Positions 52,572-60,442 of a stretch of DNA of 60,442 bases are shown one piece after another. Position 1 is the stretch's first letter. Each line of letters begins with the position of its first letter. A program made the position numbers and the translations under genes. The stretch is from an uncultured Methanosarcinales archaeon. Its GTDB lineage: Archaea; Nanobdellota; Nanobdellia; Woesearchaeales; JANQNQ01. Where the stretch lies: NCBI GenBank assembly GCA_964550525.1, contig CAZJZJ010000003.1, forward strand, positions 1 to 60,442, read 5' to 3'. A model generated the notes under the pieces. That model saw only the letters and a list, made by a program, of their open reading frames with translations. It made no database searches and was not told the origin of the DNA.

Positions 52572-54803
52572 TTAGTCGCTGTATTCAAATGAATTTACAT
52601 TATCTGCAAAGAAATATGGCCTTTCTTTAGGGTTTCCTGCCTTATCATAGGCAACTGCATAGAAATAGTATGTGCCTGACTGTGTAGGTAATACTTCCCT
52701 AGAAGTACCTGTAATTGTTGCTAAAGGTTCTATTCTATCCCGTTCATTTACACTGTTTGGGCTAGCTGAGCTCATGTAAAGCCTGTATTCATTGACATCA
52801 TCAGCCAAACCTTCGCCTATAAGCTTCTCAGGAGTAGTCCAAGATAAAAGTAACTTACCTTCACTGGTTTTTTGTATAGTCAATGTAACAGGCCCTGGCT
52901 CAAGGTCGTCTTCTGGAACTTTTGGACCAACTCCTTTTAGTTTTTGCCTTTCCTTTACATTATCTATCTCTTGCCCTTCCTTATCTACAGCAGTTACAGC
53001 GAAATAATACTGTTTACTGTCTTCAAGTCCATTAAGGAACAAGTAGATTTGCTTTTGATCTTTGAAAGAAAATCCGTCTTCAGCATTGGGTTCAGGTATT
53101 TTCTTAGACGAATCTGTAGTTGAAGCATAGGTACATTTCTTGTTTACATAATCAAAATAACAAGTAGGAAGTTCAAATGCCTGTTCTAATTCCTTGATTT
53201 GATTAAGTTTAAAGGTTTTTGTTTTGATATTGTCGTTATCCTTGATTGTCTTCTGTTTAGGTTCTTCAGTCTCATCTTTAGTTTCTTCTACTGTTTTCTC
53301 CATAGGATAGTTGAGAAAGTTTTCTTCAGAATAATATACAATATACTCTTCTACATCAGTATCAGGGCTTTTGTCCCATTGGATTACTACTGAATCCTCT
53401 GCTTTTTGCTTATCATCAACTTTAAGGTTTTCTATAGGTGGCGGTGGCAAGTCTTCAAGGTATAAAGCGAATTTTGTAGTGATTGGCTGTATTTTATTAC
53501 CAACAACATATTCCTTAGTAGTACGCATACAAAACCTATAGAATTGTTTTTTTCTTGAACATGCCTTGGCTTTATCTTTCTTATCTACTACATCAACCTT
53601 ACCTTCTTTTGTCTTATATAAAAACTCATCCTCAGATAAGGTAAGCTCTGATTCAATCAGACCTATATTATTAATGGTATAAGAAAACTGGTCGAGACTT
53701 ATTTTTGCCTTATTGTTTTGAAGTTTTTTTAGATTAAAAGGAATTCCTTCTGCATCTTCTTCAGAAAGGCTGCAATAACAATCTGTATCTGCTGATGCAA
53801 TGCACTCCATTATCTTCTCAACATTGTAGTAGAATTCTTCTTGTTGATTATTATCGCAAGCGCCTAATAAAACCGTAAAGTCTTGATTCGCATCATTAAG
53901 TATTTTAAGTTTTTTAATTACGCATTGATGCATATCATTTTCTTGTGGACACTCTTGAACAACCTCCTTAGACCAATCTGTAAGCAGTTTGTTATAGCCA
54001 TAGAGGTCATAATTAATCATCTCTGAGAAAGAAGGCCTAAAAACATAAAACCCGAATTTCCCTACCTGGTCCACAGAAACCTCTTCCAAAGGCCTAGTTA
54101 GAGTTACTGAAGGGGTAGTTGGTTCTATACCTTGAACATAAACCTTTGGTTTTTTCTTACTAACATAGCCTTCTGCTTCTTTGTATTTCTCCTTACCTGC
54201 ACCTGCAAAAACATCTATTTTACATTCACTACCAAAAGCACTTCCTGTATCTTCAGCAACATACCACCCTGTCCAAGGATTATCTGCTCCGAAATCAAGA
54301 TAAACATTTGAATCATAAGGGATATAGCAATCTGTACCAGCATTAGGATTAACTGCTATAGTTCTATGTGGTTTAGGGTCTCTTTCTTTATATGATGTAA
54401 CGCCTTGTTTATGGTCTAGGTATCTGGGATGAGGTTTACTTGATGCTTTATCTTCTTGAATAGTCTCGTAGTAATATACCTTACCATCATTACCTAAACC
54501 ACTACCTTGACACTTTACCTCTTCATAAAAACCCCTTTCGTCCTCATAGATGTAGCACCAACTAAGTTCTCCATCTTTTTTATAATCTTCACGCTTCGCT
54601 CCAGTTGACCACACCCCAAAATCAGATTCAAAAGGGCTATAATAAACAGTTGTTACAATATTAGTAAATGTTGGTTCTCCTGTTGGTCTTCCAGAGTCAA
54701 CAGCAGCCCCAGTAATGCCTCCTTTGTATAACTTGGAGAAACTTAAAGTTAGAACTATAATTAGAAAAGCTACAATAACTACCGATCTTTTAATGCGTCT
54801 CAT
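52572..54803 (-). CDS. Large secreted/anchored protein: MltA-like 3D (double-psi beta-barrel) domain plus two FN3-like domains
   Basis: N-terminal TM/signal; TTVYYSPFESDF...HRTIAVNPNAGTDCYIPYDSNVYLDF...WYVAEDTGSAFGSECKIDVFAG (3D-domain pattern). FN3-like: VVIQWDKSPDTDVEEYIVYYS and LLLSWTTPEK...YRLYMS...YYFYAVAYDKAGN. Confidence 0.65.
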   Translation of the reverse strand: MRRIKRSVVIVAFLIIVLTLSFSKLYKGGITGAAVDSGRPTGEPTFTNIVTTVYYSPFESDFGVWSTGAKREDYKKDGELSWCYIYEDERGFYEEVKCQGSGLGNDGKVYYYETIQEDKASSKPHPRYLDHKQGVTSYKERDPKPHRTIAVNPNAGTDCYIPYDSNVYLDFGADNPWTGWYVAEDTGSAFGSECKIDVFAGAGKEKYKEAEGYVSKKKPKVYVQGIEPTTPSVTLTRPLEEVSVDQVGKFGFYVFRPSFSEMINYDLYGYNKLLTDWSKEVVQECPQENDMHQCVIKKLKILNDANQDFTVLLGACDNNQQEEFYYNVEKIMECIASADTDCYCSLSEEDAEGIPFNLKKLQNNKAKISLDQFSYTINNIGLIESELTLSEDEFLYKTKEGKVDVVDKKDKAKACSRKKQFYRFCMRTTKEYVVGNKIQPITTKFALYLEDLPPPPIENLKVDDKQKAEDSVVIQWDKSPDTDVEEYIVYYSEENFLNYPMEKTVEETKDETEEPKQKTIKDNDNIKTKTFKLNQIKELEQAFELPTCYFDYVNKKCTYASTTDSSKKIPEPNAEDGFSFKDQKQIYLFLNGLEDSKQYYFAVTAVDKEGQEIDNVKERQKLKGVGPKVPEDDLEPGPVTLTIQKTSEGKLLLSWTTPEKLIGEGLADDVNEYRLYMSSASPNSVNERDRIEPLATITGTSREVLPTQSGTYYFYAVAYDKAGNPKERPYFFADNVNSFEYSD

Positions 54804-55300
54804 TTTTCATCTATATCCATAAGGTTTGATTTTAGTGCGAACCCAGTTAGTTTAAACCTAGTTTGTTTATCTTCAAATTGATAATTATAGTTTACTTGGC
54901 CTGGCTTATCTTTTAGATATTCTTCAAGATTTTTATCAAAGAGCTGTTTAAACTCTTCCTCTAATTTTGAATTATCTGGGTAACATTCAATAAACATATC
55001 CTGGTCTTCTTTTGTCCATAAAGGGTAACCAAGGTATGTACCGCAATCTTGTGATTCTAGTTCTTCGCTTAATTGGGATAATGTTTTGTATGCGGAATAT
55101 TTTACTGTCTGGTCTAGATAGAAAAGCTCTTGTTCTGCTCTCTGATGTGTTTTAAGCAGATTAAACTGTTGATCACCAAGATCATACTTGAATTTAGCTG
55201 TTTTTAGGCTAGACAGGGTGTACACTGCAACTATCAATATAAGTGTAAGTATAACTAAAGCAAACCCGAATACTATTCCTTTTTTGTTTTTTATTTTCAT
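54800..55300 (-). CDS. Pilin-like protein (class III signal-like N-terminus)
   Basis: MKIKNKKG-IVFGFALVILTLILIVAVY; ATGA overlaps on both sides. Confidence 0.5.
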   Translation of the reverse strand: MKIKNKKGIVFGFALVILTLILIVAVYTLSSLKTAKFKYDLGDQQFNLLKTHQRAEQELFYLDQTVKYSAYKTLSQLSEELESQDCGTYLGYPLWTKEDQDMFIECYPDNSKLEEEFKQLFDKNLEEYLKDKPGQVNYNYQFEDKQTRFKLTGFALKSNLMDIDEK

Positions 55301-55758
55301 TTTATTTCAAGTTTGAATAAAATTAATTTATTGTCAGGTGTAGGGATGTTGATCTTGGTTTTTATATCAGTCTTCCTACTATCACATTCTTCGGGATTCG
55401 TCAGTTCTTCATCATCGATATGTATTGTCCAACATGGCTCTTCGTCTTGCTCAGCATAGATGTTTCTCATAATTATACTGATCTCCGGGATAAGTTCATT
55501 GTACTTCTTTGTAATACGTGACTCTATGATCTTATCTACCACTGTTGTATCATCTATAGGTGATCTTAAGAAAGTAAGCAGCATCTTATCATTATTGATC
55601 TGGTTAAGATCTGAGTTTACACTGAATTCCTGGGTTTTATTGCTTACACCAATAATAAAAAAGAACATGATAAAGATAAAAGTCAGAGCTAGGCCAGAGA
55701 CAAGTATCTCAATGCCTCCTGCCATATCTGCTTTTTTGTTTAACTTCTTTAATCTCAT
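55297..55758 (-). CDS. Pilin-like protein
   Basis: MRLKKLNKKADMAGG-IEILVSGLALTFIFIMFFFI. Confidence 0.5.
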   Translation of the reverse strand: MRLKKLNKKADMAGGIEILVSGLALTFIFIMFFFIIGVSNKTQEFSVNSDLNQINNDKMLLTFLRSPIDDTTVVDKIIESRITKKYNELIPEISIIMRNIYAEQDEEPCWTIHIDDEELTNPEECDSRKTDIKTKINIPTPDNKLILFKLEIK

Positions 55759-55760
55759 TT

Positions 55761-56246
55761 TTATTCTTTATAGACTATACTTGTTACAAGTCTTGCTTTT
55801 TTTAGGTCATCTCCTTCTTTAATCAAAGCAAGTTGTGTTTCTTCTAGTTTAGTATACTTTCTTGAAAAAGTAAGTGGCTCCATAATCTTATAATCCTCTT
55901 CATTAAGATAGATCTCTTTATTGAAATCTCCATCAATAGGTATTATCGCAACCTTAATAGCAAAAGACTCTTCTCCTGCAAGCAATTTCTCAACTACCTC
56001 TTGCTTAAACCTGGCTGGATCAATCACACCCGGATAAGCCCTGCCTGTACCTGGGTCTGTATAAATAAAACCATCTGGTGAATTGTGTATTCTATACATT
56101 AAAACAGAATTCTCTAGACCATGTGTATTAAGATGATAACCTGTGACATCTGAGATAAACACCTTTAACATATAAAGCGTTATCACTAGAAGCACTATCC
56201 TACCGAACCAGATTACAATACCTGCACCTATAGCCTTTTTATTCAT
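55761..56246 (-). CDS. Pilin-like protein
   Basis: MNKKAIG-AGIVIWFGRIVLLVITLYML. Confidence 0.5.
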   Translation of the reverse strand: MNKKAIGAGIVIWFGRIVLLVITLYMLKVFISDVTGYHLNTHGLENSVLMYRIHNSPDGFIYTDPGTGRAYPGVIDPARFKQEVVEKLLAGEESFAIKVAIIPIDGDFNKEIYLNEEDYKIMEPLTFSRKYTKLEETQLALIKEGDDLKKARLVTSIVYKE

Positions 56247-57106
56247 TTTATTGATTCCACGATTTTATTGATTAATTCGTTATGTTCTTTTTCTTTTCCA
56301 AATTCAATTAAAACACTGTATTTAGTGTCTTTCAAAGAACTGATATCTGATTTGGTCACAGTTGTCTCTAGGTTAAGAGCAAAAATATTTGCTATGTTCC
56401 TGCTTGTATCCTCTGAATAGAATACTGAAACCTTGTCACCTTCAACAGATTTTATTACAATAAGTAGAGTTAAACTATCAACCTGGTCTGTAATGGTGAT
56501 TTGATTTTGTTCTAGTTCCAGTAGTAAGTCTTCAGCTAATCTTGTCTCTTCATACTCAGCTGTTTGTTTTTGGACCTTTATCCTGTTGAAAGGCTTTATG
56601 ATTACCTCTAGTTTAGGTTTATTAAGGTTACATTCATTTGCCTGAGAAAGCATAGATAACTCATTACCGCTTTTACAAAGAAAAGGTTTGATATAATCCT
56701 GTTCTTCTAATTCTTGGTCTGGTTTAAAAAAAGGTTTTAGATGGGATGGTTTGATTTCATAATCTAAACCTGTTAAAAAAGGGAAAAACCCGTGATCGTG
56801 TCTACTTCGTATCTTGTTCCCTGCTTCATCATAAACATAGATGCCGTTCTCACTTAGATTCATACTATTACCAAGTGTTTTTTCTTTGTAACGAAACAAA
56901 ACATTTCCTGACACAGATTGCATGGTGTCTACTAATAATGCAGTATCGCGTGCAATATAGTGTCTTGCCATTAGATCAAAGTCTGTTGCTGTATACACAT
57001 AACCAAACAAAGGAAGAAATATGACTGCGAACACTATGATAAGCTGCATCATTGGTTGCATAACTAACTCATTCCATGTCCCCTTTTTATGCTTAAAAAT
57101 ACGCAT
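56243..57106 (-). CDS. Pilin-like protein (largest, 287 aa)
   Basis: MRIFKHKKG-TWNELVMQPMMQLIIVFAVIFL (KG then a Glu at +4, pseudopilin-like). Leaderless start 22 nt after the TATA. Confidence 0.5.
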   Translation of the reverse strand: MRIFKHKKGTWNELVMQPMMQLIIVFAVIFLPLFGYVYTATDFDLMARHYIARDTALLVDTMQSVSGNVLFRYKEKTLGNSMNLSENGIYVYDEAGNKIRSRHDHGFFPFLTGLDYEIKPSHLKPFFKPDQELEEQDYIKPFLCKSGNELSMLSQANECNLNKPKLEVIIKPFNRIKVQKQTAEYEETRLAEDLLLELEQNQITITDQVDSLTLLIVIKSVEGDKVSVFYSEDTSRNIANIFALNLETTVTKSDISSLKDTKYSVLIEFGKEKEHNELINKIVESIK

Positions 57107-57126
57107 AATTAGAATATAAGTTTGCT

Positions 57127-57140
57127 GGTATATATAGTTT
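57127..57140 (-). promoter_or_regulatory. BRE/TATA promoter of the five-gene pilin-like/3D-FN3 operon
   Basis: Minus strand AAACTATATATACC, 22 nt to ATG 57106. Confidence 0.6.
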
Positions 57141-57714
57141 ACGGGGAAGTAGAATCAGGTACAGAAAAACTTAGACTATACTTAAATTTCTCATCTTCTA
57201 ATTCCTCTTTATCCAGCTTAACAGAAAATGTTGTTGTTTTGCTCTGTTTGTGGTTGAGAATCTCCCATTGCGTGATTAATGTAATATCTGAGAACCTTAT
57301 ACACTTGTGTGCCTTTTGTATGTCTTTTCCATCTGATATACAAACACATTCTTGCCCCTGACATTTTGAAGGTAAAGCAACAACTGAGCTTTCTTTTGCT
57401 TCTTTGTTATAAGCTACTAAAGCATAGCCTTCTTTAAGATAAAAAGGCAAGGTTACTTGCCTAGATGCTTGTTTCTCTTTAGAAGCTTTAAGTTCTTTAA
57501 GCATATCATTAATCTCACCTTCTAATCTTTCAAGGTTATTGTAACTTTCCTTGTCTGGATAAAAAATACCCATAGCAAGCCTTCCAACAGGGATAAAAAC
57601 ACCCAGAACCAAGATCATAACTAAGATAAGTTTAATGATTTCTTCCCATTCCAGCCTGGCTGATTTATTCAGTAGTGTCATCTTTAGGTTTGTCTTTCTT
57701 TCCAATGCGTTCAA
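57139..57714 (-). CDS. N-terminally anchored protein, function unknown
   Basis: TM helix IIKLILVMILVLGVFIPV. An alternative start is ATG 57681 (MTLLNK). Confidence 0.5.
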   Translation of the reverse strand: MNALERKTNLKMTLLNKSARLEWEEIIKLILVMILVLGVFIPVGRLAMGIFYPDKESYNNLERLEGEINDMLKELKASKEKQASRQVTLPFYLKEGYALVAYNKEAKESSVVALPSKCQGQECVCISDGKDIQKAHKCIRFSDITLITQWEILNHKQSKTTTFSVKLDKEELEDEKFKYSLSFSVPDSTSP

Positions 57715-58024
57715 AACAGGTTTTAGTGCAATCTTTCCACTTGGTTACTTCTACACCATCTTCTTTCCAAGTCGGAGGTTGAACCTCTTCCCATTCATAG
57801 TTTTTGTTTAAATCTGCCTCATCTGCACATTGTCTACTACCAAGAAAGGTTTCACATTTAATACCTCTGGCTGAAGCTGTCGCATCATCGCCAATAGTAG
57901 AATAACCACCTGCAGAAGTTTTCATCTGTTTGTAGAATATCCCAATCACTATAACCAATACCACTAAACCTATAGCAACAACTATCATAGTTGTTACAGA
58001 TATATCACCTTTTTTTGTTTTCAT
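57665..58024 (-). CDS. Archaeal type IV pilin-like protein (candidate major subunit)
   Basis: MKTKKG-DISVTTMIVVAIGLVVLVIVIGIF class III signal. Start re-called to ATG 58024, 26 nt after TATA 58051-58. Confidence 0.6.
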   Translation of the reverse strand: MKTKKGDISVTTMIVVAIGLVVLVIVIGIFYKQMKTSAGGYSTIGDDATASARGIKCETFLGSRQCADEADLNKNYEWEEVQPPTWKEDGVEVTKWKDCTKTCFERIGKKDKPKDDTTE

Positions 58025-58050
58025 TTTAGTATATTCTCTGGACACAGCAC

Positions 58051-58062
58051 TATTTAAATGTT
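58051..58062 (-). promoter_or_regulatory. BRE/TATA promoter of the pilin-like gene
   Basis: Minus strand AACATTTAAATA. Confidence 0.65.
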
Positions 58063-58071
58063 ATGGTAAAA

Positions 58072-58079
58072 TATTTAAA
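58072..58079 (+). promoter_or_regulatory. Divergent TATA box
   Basis: TATTTAAA, 22 nt to ATG 58102. Confidence 0.55.
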
Positions 58080-58101
58080 TGGAGCTATTATAAAACACCA
58101 T

Positions 58102-58746
58102 ATGAAGAAAAAAGTGGTGGTATGGGTAGTTGTTGTATTGATAGTAGTTAGTTCTTTGTACTTATTTTGGCCTAGGAAAGCGCCTGGTTATTCACAACAG
58201 CCAGAAGATTGGATAGAAGACATAGGTTACGGAGTTGAAATGATTAATGTTGAAGAGGTTACAGAAGGTGCAGGTTATATTAATGATATTGGTCAGCAGT
58301 ATAATGACGGGAATGTAATGACTGTATTCAGTTTTGATGGATTATATGAAGGGGAGTACTTTGCGGATTATTATGAGGATGAAGATGGGGAAGTTTTGTT
58401 AAAGATCCATCAGTTCCTTGAACCAAGGGATGGTGTGATTGAAGCTTTCTTTGTTGAGAAGATTGAAGATGATGAAGTTTATGCTTACATATTCTTAGAT
58501 GAAGATTGGAAACTGAAGATGCCTGATTCCAACATATTATGGGGTAAAGATTTCCAGAATTCACAAAAGTTCGACTTCTCGCAAAAGATCAAAGAAGGAG
58601 TATACATGAACAAGATCAAGGATGACATTGAACGCTTTGAAAACAATTTCAGAGAACACGAAGGAGGCATTGCAGTAGGCAACGCTGATTCTGAAGATGT
58701 TAAAGAAGGAAGAACTAAAGGATTGACTTTAGCGAGAGTTATTTAG
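58102..58746 (+). CDS. N-terminally anchored acidic protein, function unknown
   Basis: MKKKVVVWVVVVLIVVSSLYLF, then an Asp/Glu-rich domain. Start re-called from 58063 to 58102 by TATA spacing. Confidence 0.5.
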   Translation: MKKKVVVWVVVVLIVVSSLYLFWPRKAPGYSQQPEDWIEDIGYGVEMINVEEVTEGAGYINDIGQQYNDGNVMTVFSFDGLYEGEYFADYYEDEDGEVLLKIHQFLEPRDGVIEAFFVEKIEDDEVYAYIFLDEDWKLKMPDSNILWGKDFQNSQKFDFSQKIKEGVYMNKIKDDIERFENNFREHEGGIAVGNADSEDVKEGRTKGLTLARVI

Positions 58747-60440
58747 CTGTTTCTTGGCCATTTCCTAGAATCTTCTAATACCTTTCCTAAGATACCCATT
58801 GCAAAATCTGACGCTGCCATTGCGGTTCGGATTGCCAGAGGGTTACCTGCAGTGAAATAAGCTGCACCTGCGCCTGCTGCTGTTTCTGCAATAAAACCTC
58901 CGAACATGAGAGCATACTTAGCAGCAGTCTTTGCTTTATACTGCCTGGTATAACAATAATTATAACCACCATTATAGTCCTTGTATAATGTAATATCTCC
59001 TTCTACGTGAAGAGATGTTGGAGTATAGTATTCATTTTCCCAGAATATTGCTGCTGAATCTCCACTACCTATAATTGGTATTTCTTTCCAAGTCCAATCG
59101 TATTCTTGACATATCTTTACTGCATTTGTTGCATCTACGTAATTCCCATCACCAAGTTTCTGTATCTGTTTGCTTATCTTCTCCCACTCTTTGAAGTCTT
59201 CCTTACTGAACGAGGTGTCTTTGTAACCACCTTGAGTGATATAGCTCTTTGTTTCGTAATAATGTTTTGTTAAGTATAATTTCTTAAAGTCATCCTCAAT
59301 TATGTTATCATCTTGATTCCTTCTAAGATAATCTTTTGCTTCAATATCATCCATAACTTTGGTCATCTCATTGAACTCGGGTAATTTGACCATAGTAGAT
59401 CTGTATGTATTAAGGAATTGCCCTTGTTCTTTGAACATAAAAGTAGGTATTGGTGCTAAACCCCACGTACAAGCAGTAGAGTAAGGAAAACCTTTATGTG
59501 CGATAAATTCTTTTTTGGTTTCAAAATTATAAGTATTGTACTCACTTAAGGCTGGAATTTGTGAGATTAAATAAAGAGCATTCCTACAATCGGATCTAGA
59601 ATAATCAATAAATGCGTCTACAAAGTATGCTGCTTTATTATCTCTGTTCCAATCCCAAGACTTGTATCTTTTGTCAAAACCAAATTCATGAGTAATCAAA
59701 TTAAAAAATTTGTCTCTTGCTTTTGTTTCGTCGATTTCGTTATAGTCGTTAACTAAGGTTGAAAAATCCCATGCCATCATATTTATATTATAATACTTAG
59801 TCAAAGATGTCTCTCTCATCTGTCTTTCGTCTTTTGTAATTTTCACATCAAAGAAATCAGTAGATGCTAGGTCCTCTGAGATACGAAATACCATTGACAA
59901 AGGGAAAAAACCAGTATCTGATAAAGGTGGTTTTTTATCTAACCCCACTATTTTATACAATGCTGGTAGGTCTTCTGCTGTAGCAAGAATTCTAATAATA
60001 CCTTCTTTTGCCCTATCTGTAAAAGTACGCATCTCTTCTGGAATATATGGTTGAGTTAGGTAACTATCAACAACCTTTTGATAAAGTATTAGTGCTTCAT
60101 TAGCTAAATTATAGTCTGGTGCTTTCGCTTTAAGTGTTTGGTTATATTTGTTGCTTAAGTCTTCAGCATCTGTAATTATCTTTTCAGCTTCCTCTATCTC
60201 GTCTGTTGTATGTGGAACGCATGCTAAATCACAGAAATGTTTTCCAAAAACGCAGGATGCTTTTTTACCAACACCACACTGGCTGTCATACTCTGATAAA
60301 TGAGCACCTATTGTCTTACCATCACATATTTGGTCTTGGGTAAAATCATCTTCTTCATTGTAATCTTTTGCATCAGTTGAAGTAGGACATAAAGAGTCGA
60401 CGCCTTCATTAGCAAATTTTCTTAACTCTGGATAAGTCAA
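58743..60440 (-). CDS. Large protein of unknown function, 5'-truncated by the window edge; Gly/Ala-rich hydrophobic C-terminus
   Basis: The frame is open to the window end (the first codon is TTG, not a real start). C-terminus FGGFIAETAAGAGAAYFTAGNPLAIRTAMAASDFAMGILG. Confidence 0.6.
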   Translation of the reverse strand: MTYPELRKFANEGVDSLCPTSTDAKDYNEEDDFTQDQICDGKTIGAHLSEYDSQCGVGKKASCVFGKHFCDLACVPHTTDEIEEAEKIITDAEDLSNKYNQTLKAKAPDYNLANEALILYQKVVDSYLTQPYIPEEMRTFTDRAKEGIIRILATAEDLPALYKIVGLDKKPPLSDTGFFPLSMVFRISEDLASTDFFDVKITKDERQMRETSLTKYYNINMMAWDFSTLVNDYNEIDETKARDKFFNLITHEFGFDKRYKSWDWNRDNKAAYFVDAFIDYSRSDCRNALYLISQIPALSEYNTYNFETKKEFIAHKGFPYSTACTWGLAPIPTFMFKEQGQFLNTYRSTMVKLPEFNEMTKVMDDIEAKDYLRRNQDDNIIEDDFKKLYLTKHYYETKSYITQGGYKDTSFSKEDFKEWEKISKQIQKLGDGNYVDATNAVKICQEYDWTWKEIPIIGSGDSAAIFWENEYYTPTSLHVEGDITLYKDYNGGYNYCYTRQYKAKTAAKYALMFGGFIAETAAGAGAAYFTAGNPLAIRTAMAASDFAMGILGKVLEDSRKWPRNS

Positions 60441-60442
60441 AG

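Noticed and set aside
1-60442. CRISPR arrays, tRNA genes, transposases/integrases, prophage or toxin-antitoxin modules
   Set aside because: Reading all gaps over 30 nt showed no regularly spaced direct repeats and no cloverleaf-capable GC-rich segment. No recombinase or transposase motif appeared in any ORF. This was a by-eye scan, so short or degenerate elements could be missed.

Overview
This is a gene-dense, AT-rich window with most genes on the minus strand. It reads as chromosome from an uncultured-type archaeon: RadB, MBF1, RPA, Taw1/TYW1, pyruvoyl arginine decarboxylase, archaeal-type PheRS and uS2, and BRE/TATA promoters. It looks DPANN-like, but I cannot place it. Content in order: metH-like/metV/metF; a dTMP module (tandem ThyX, kinase-Tmk fusion, Dut); speB/pdaD; Taw1; a ChlI/MoxR-like AAA+ and vWA pair; lipid-carrier and glycosylation genes (dolichol-kinase-like, PAP2, UbiA/DPPR-synthase-like, GT-C, two processive GT2); pheT/pheS downstream of a complete shikimate/aromatic operon; a buk-like/trmB/acs/hppA/pta acyl-phosphate and PPi module; ahcY; RPA; and a terminal operon of type IV pilin-like proteins with a secreted MltA/3D+FN3 protein. 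I saw no rRNA, tRNA, CRISPR array or transposase. A recurrent motif, AAAC(A/T)TTTAWATA placed 22-25 nt before start codons, indicates leaderless transcription and let me re-call several starts. The main lead is a promoter-proximal leaderless 25-codon ORF ending Phe-Tyr-Phe-Tyr-Phe-Trp. It is followed by alternative hairpins and sits directly upstream of the aromatic amino acid operon, so it is a candidate leader-peptide attenuator in an archaeon. Two further leaderless mini-ORFs, an A10 slippery site that could fuse the AAA+ and vWA genes, a tandem 16S-3'-end-like motif and the pilin-like operon are secondary leads. Everything rests on reading the sequence and recognising motifs; no searches were run.
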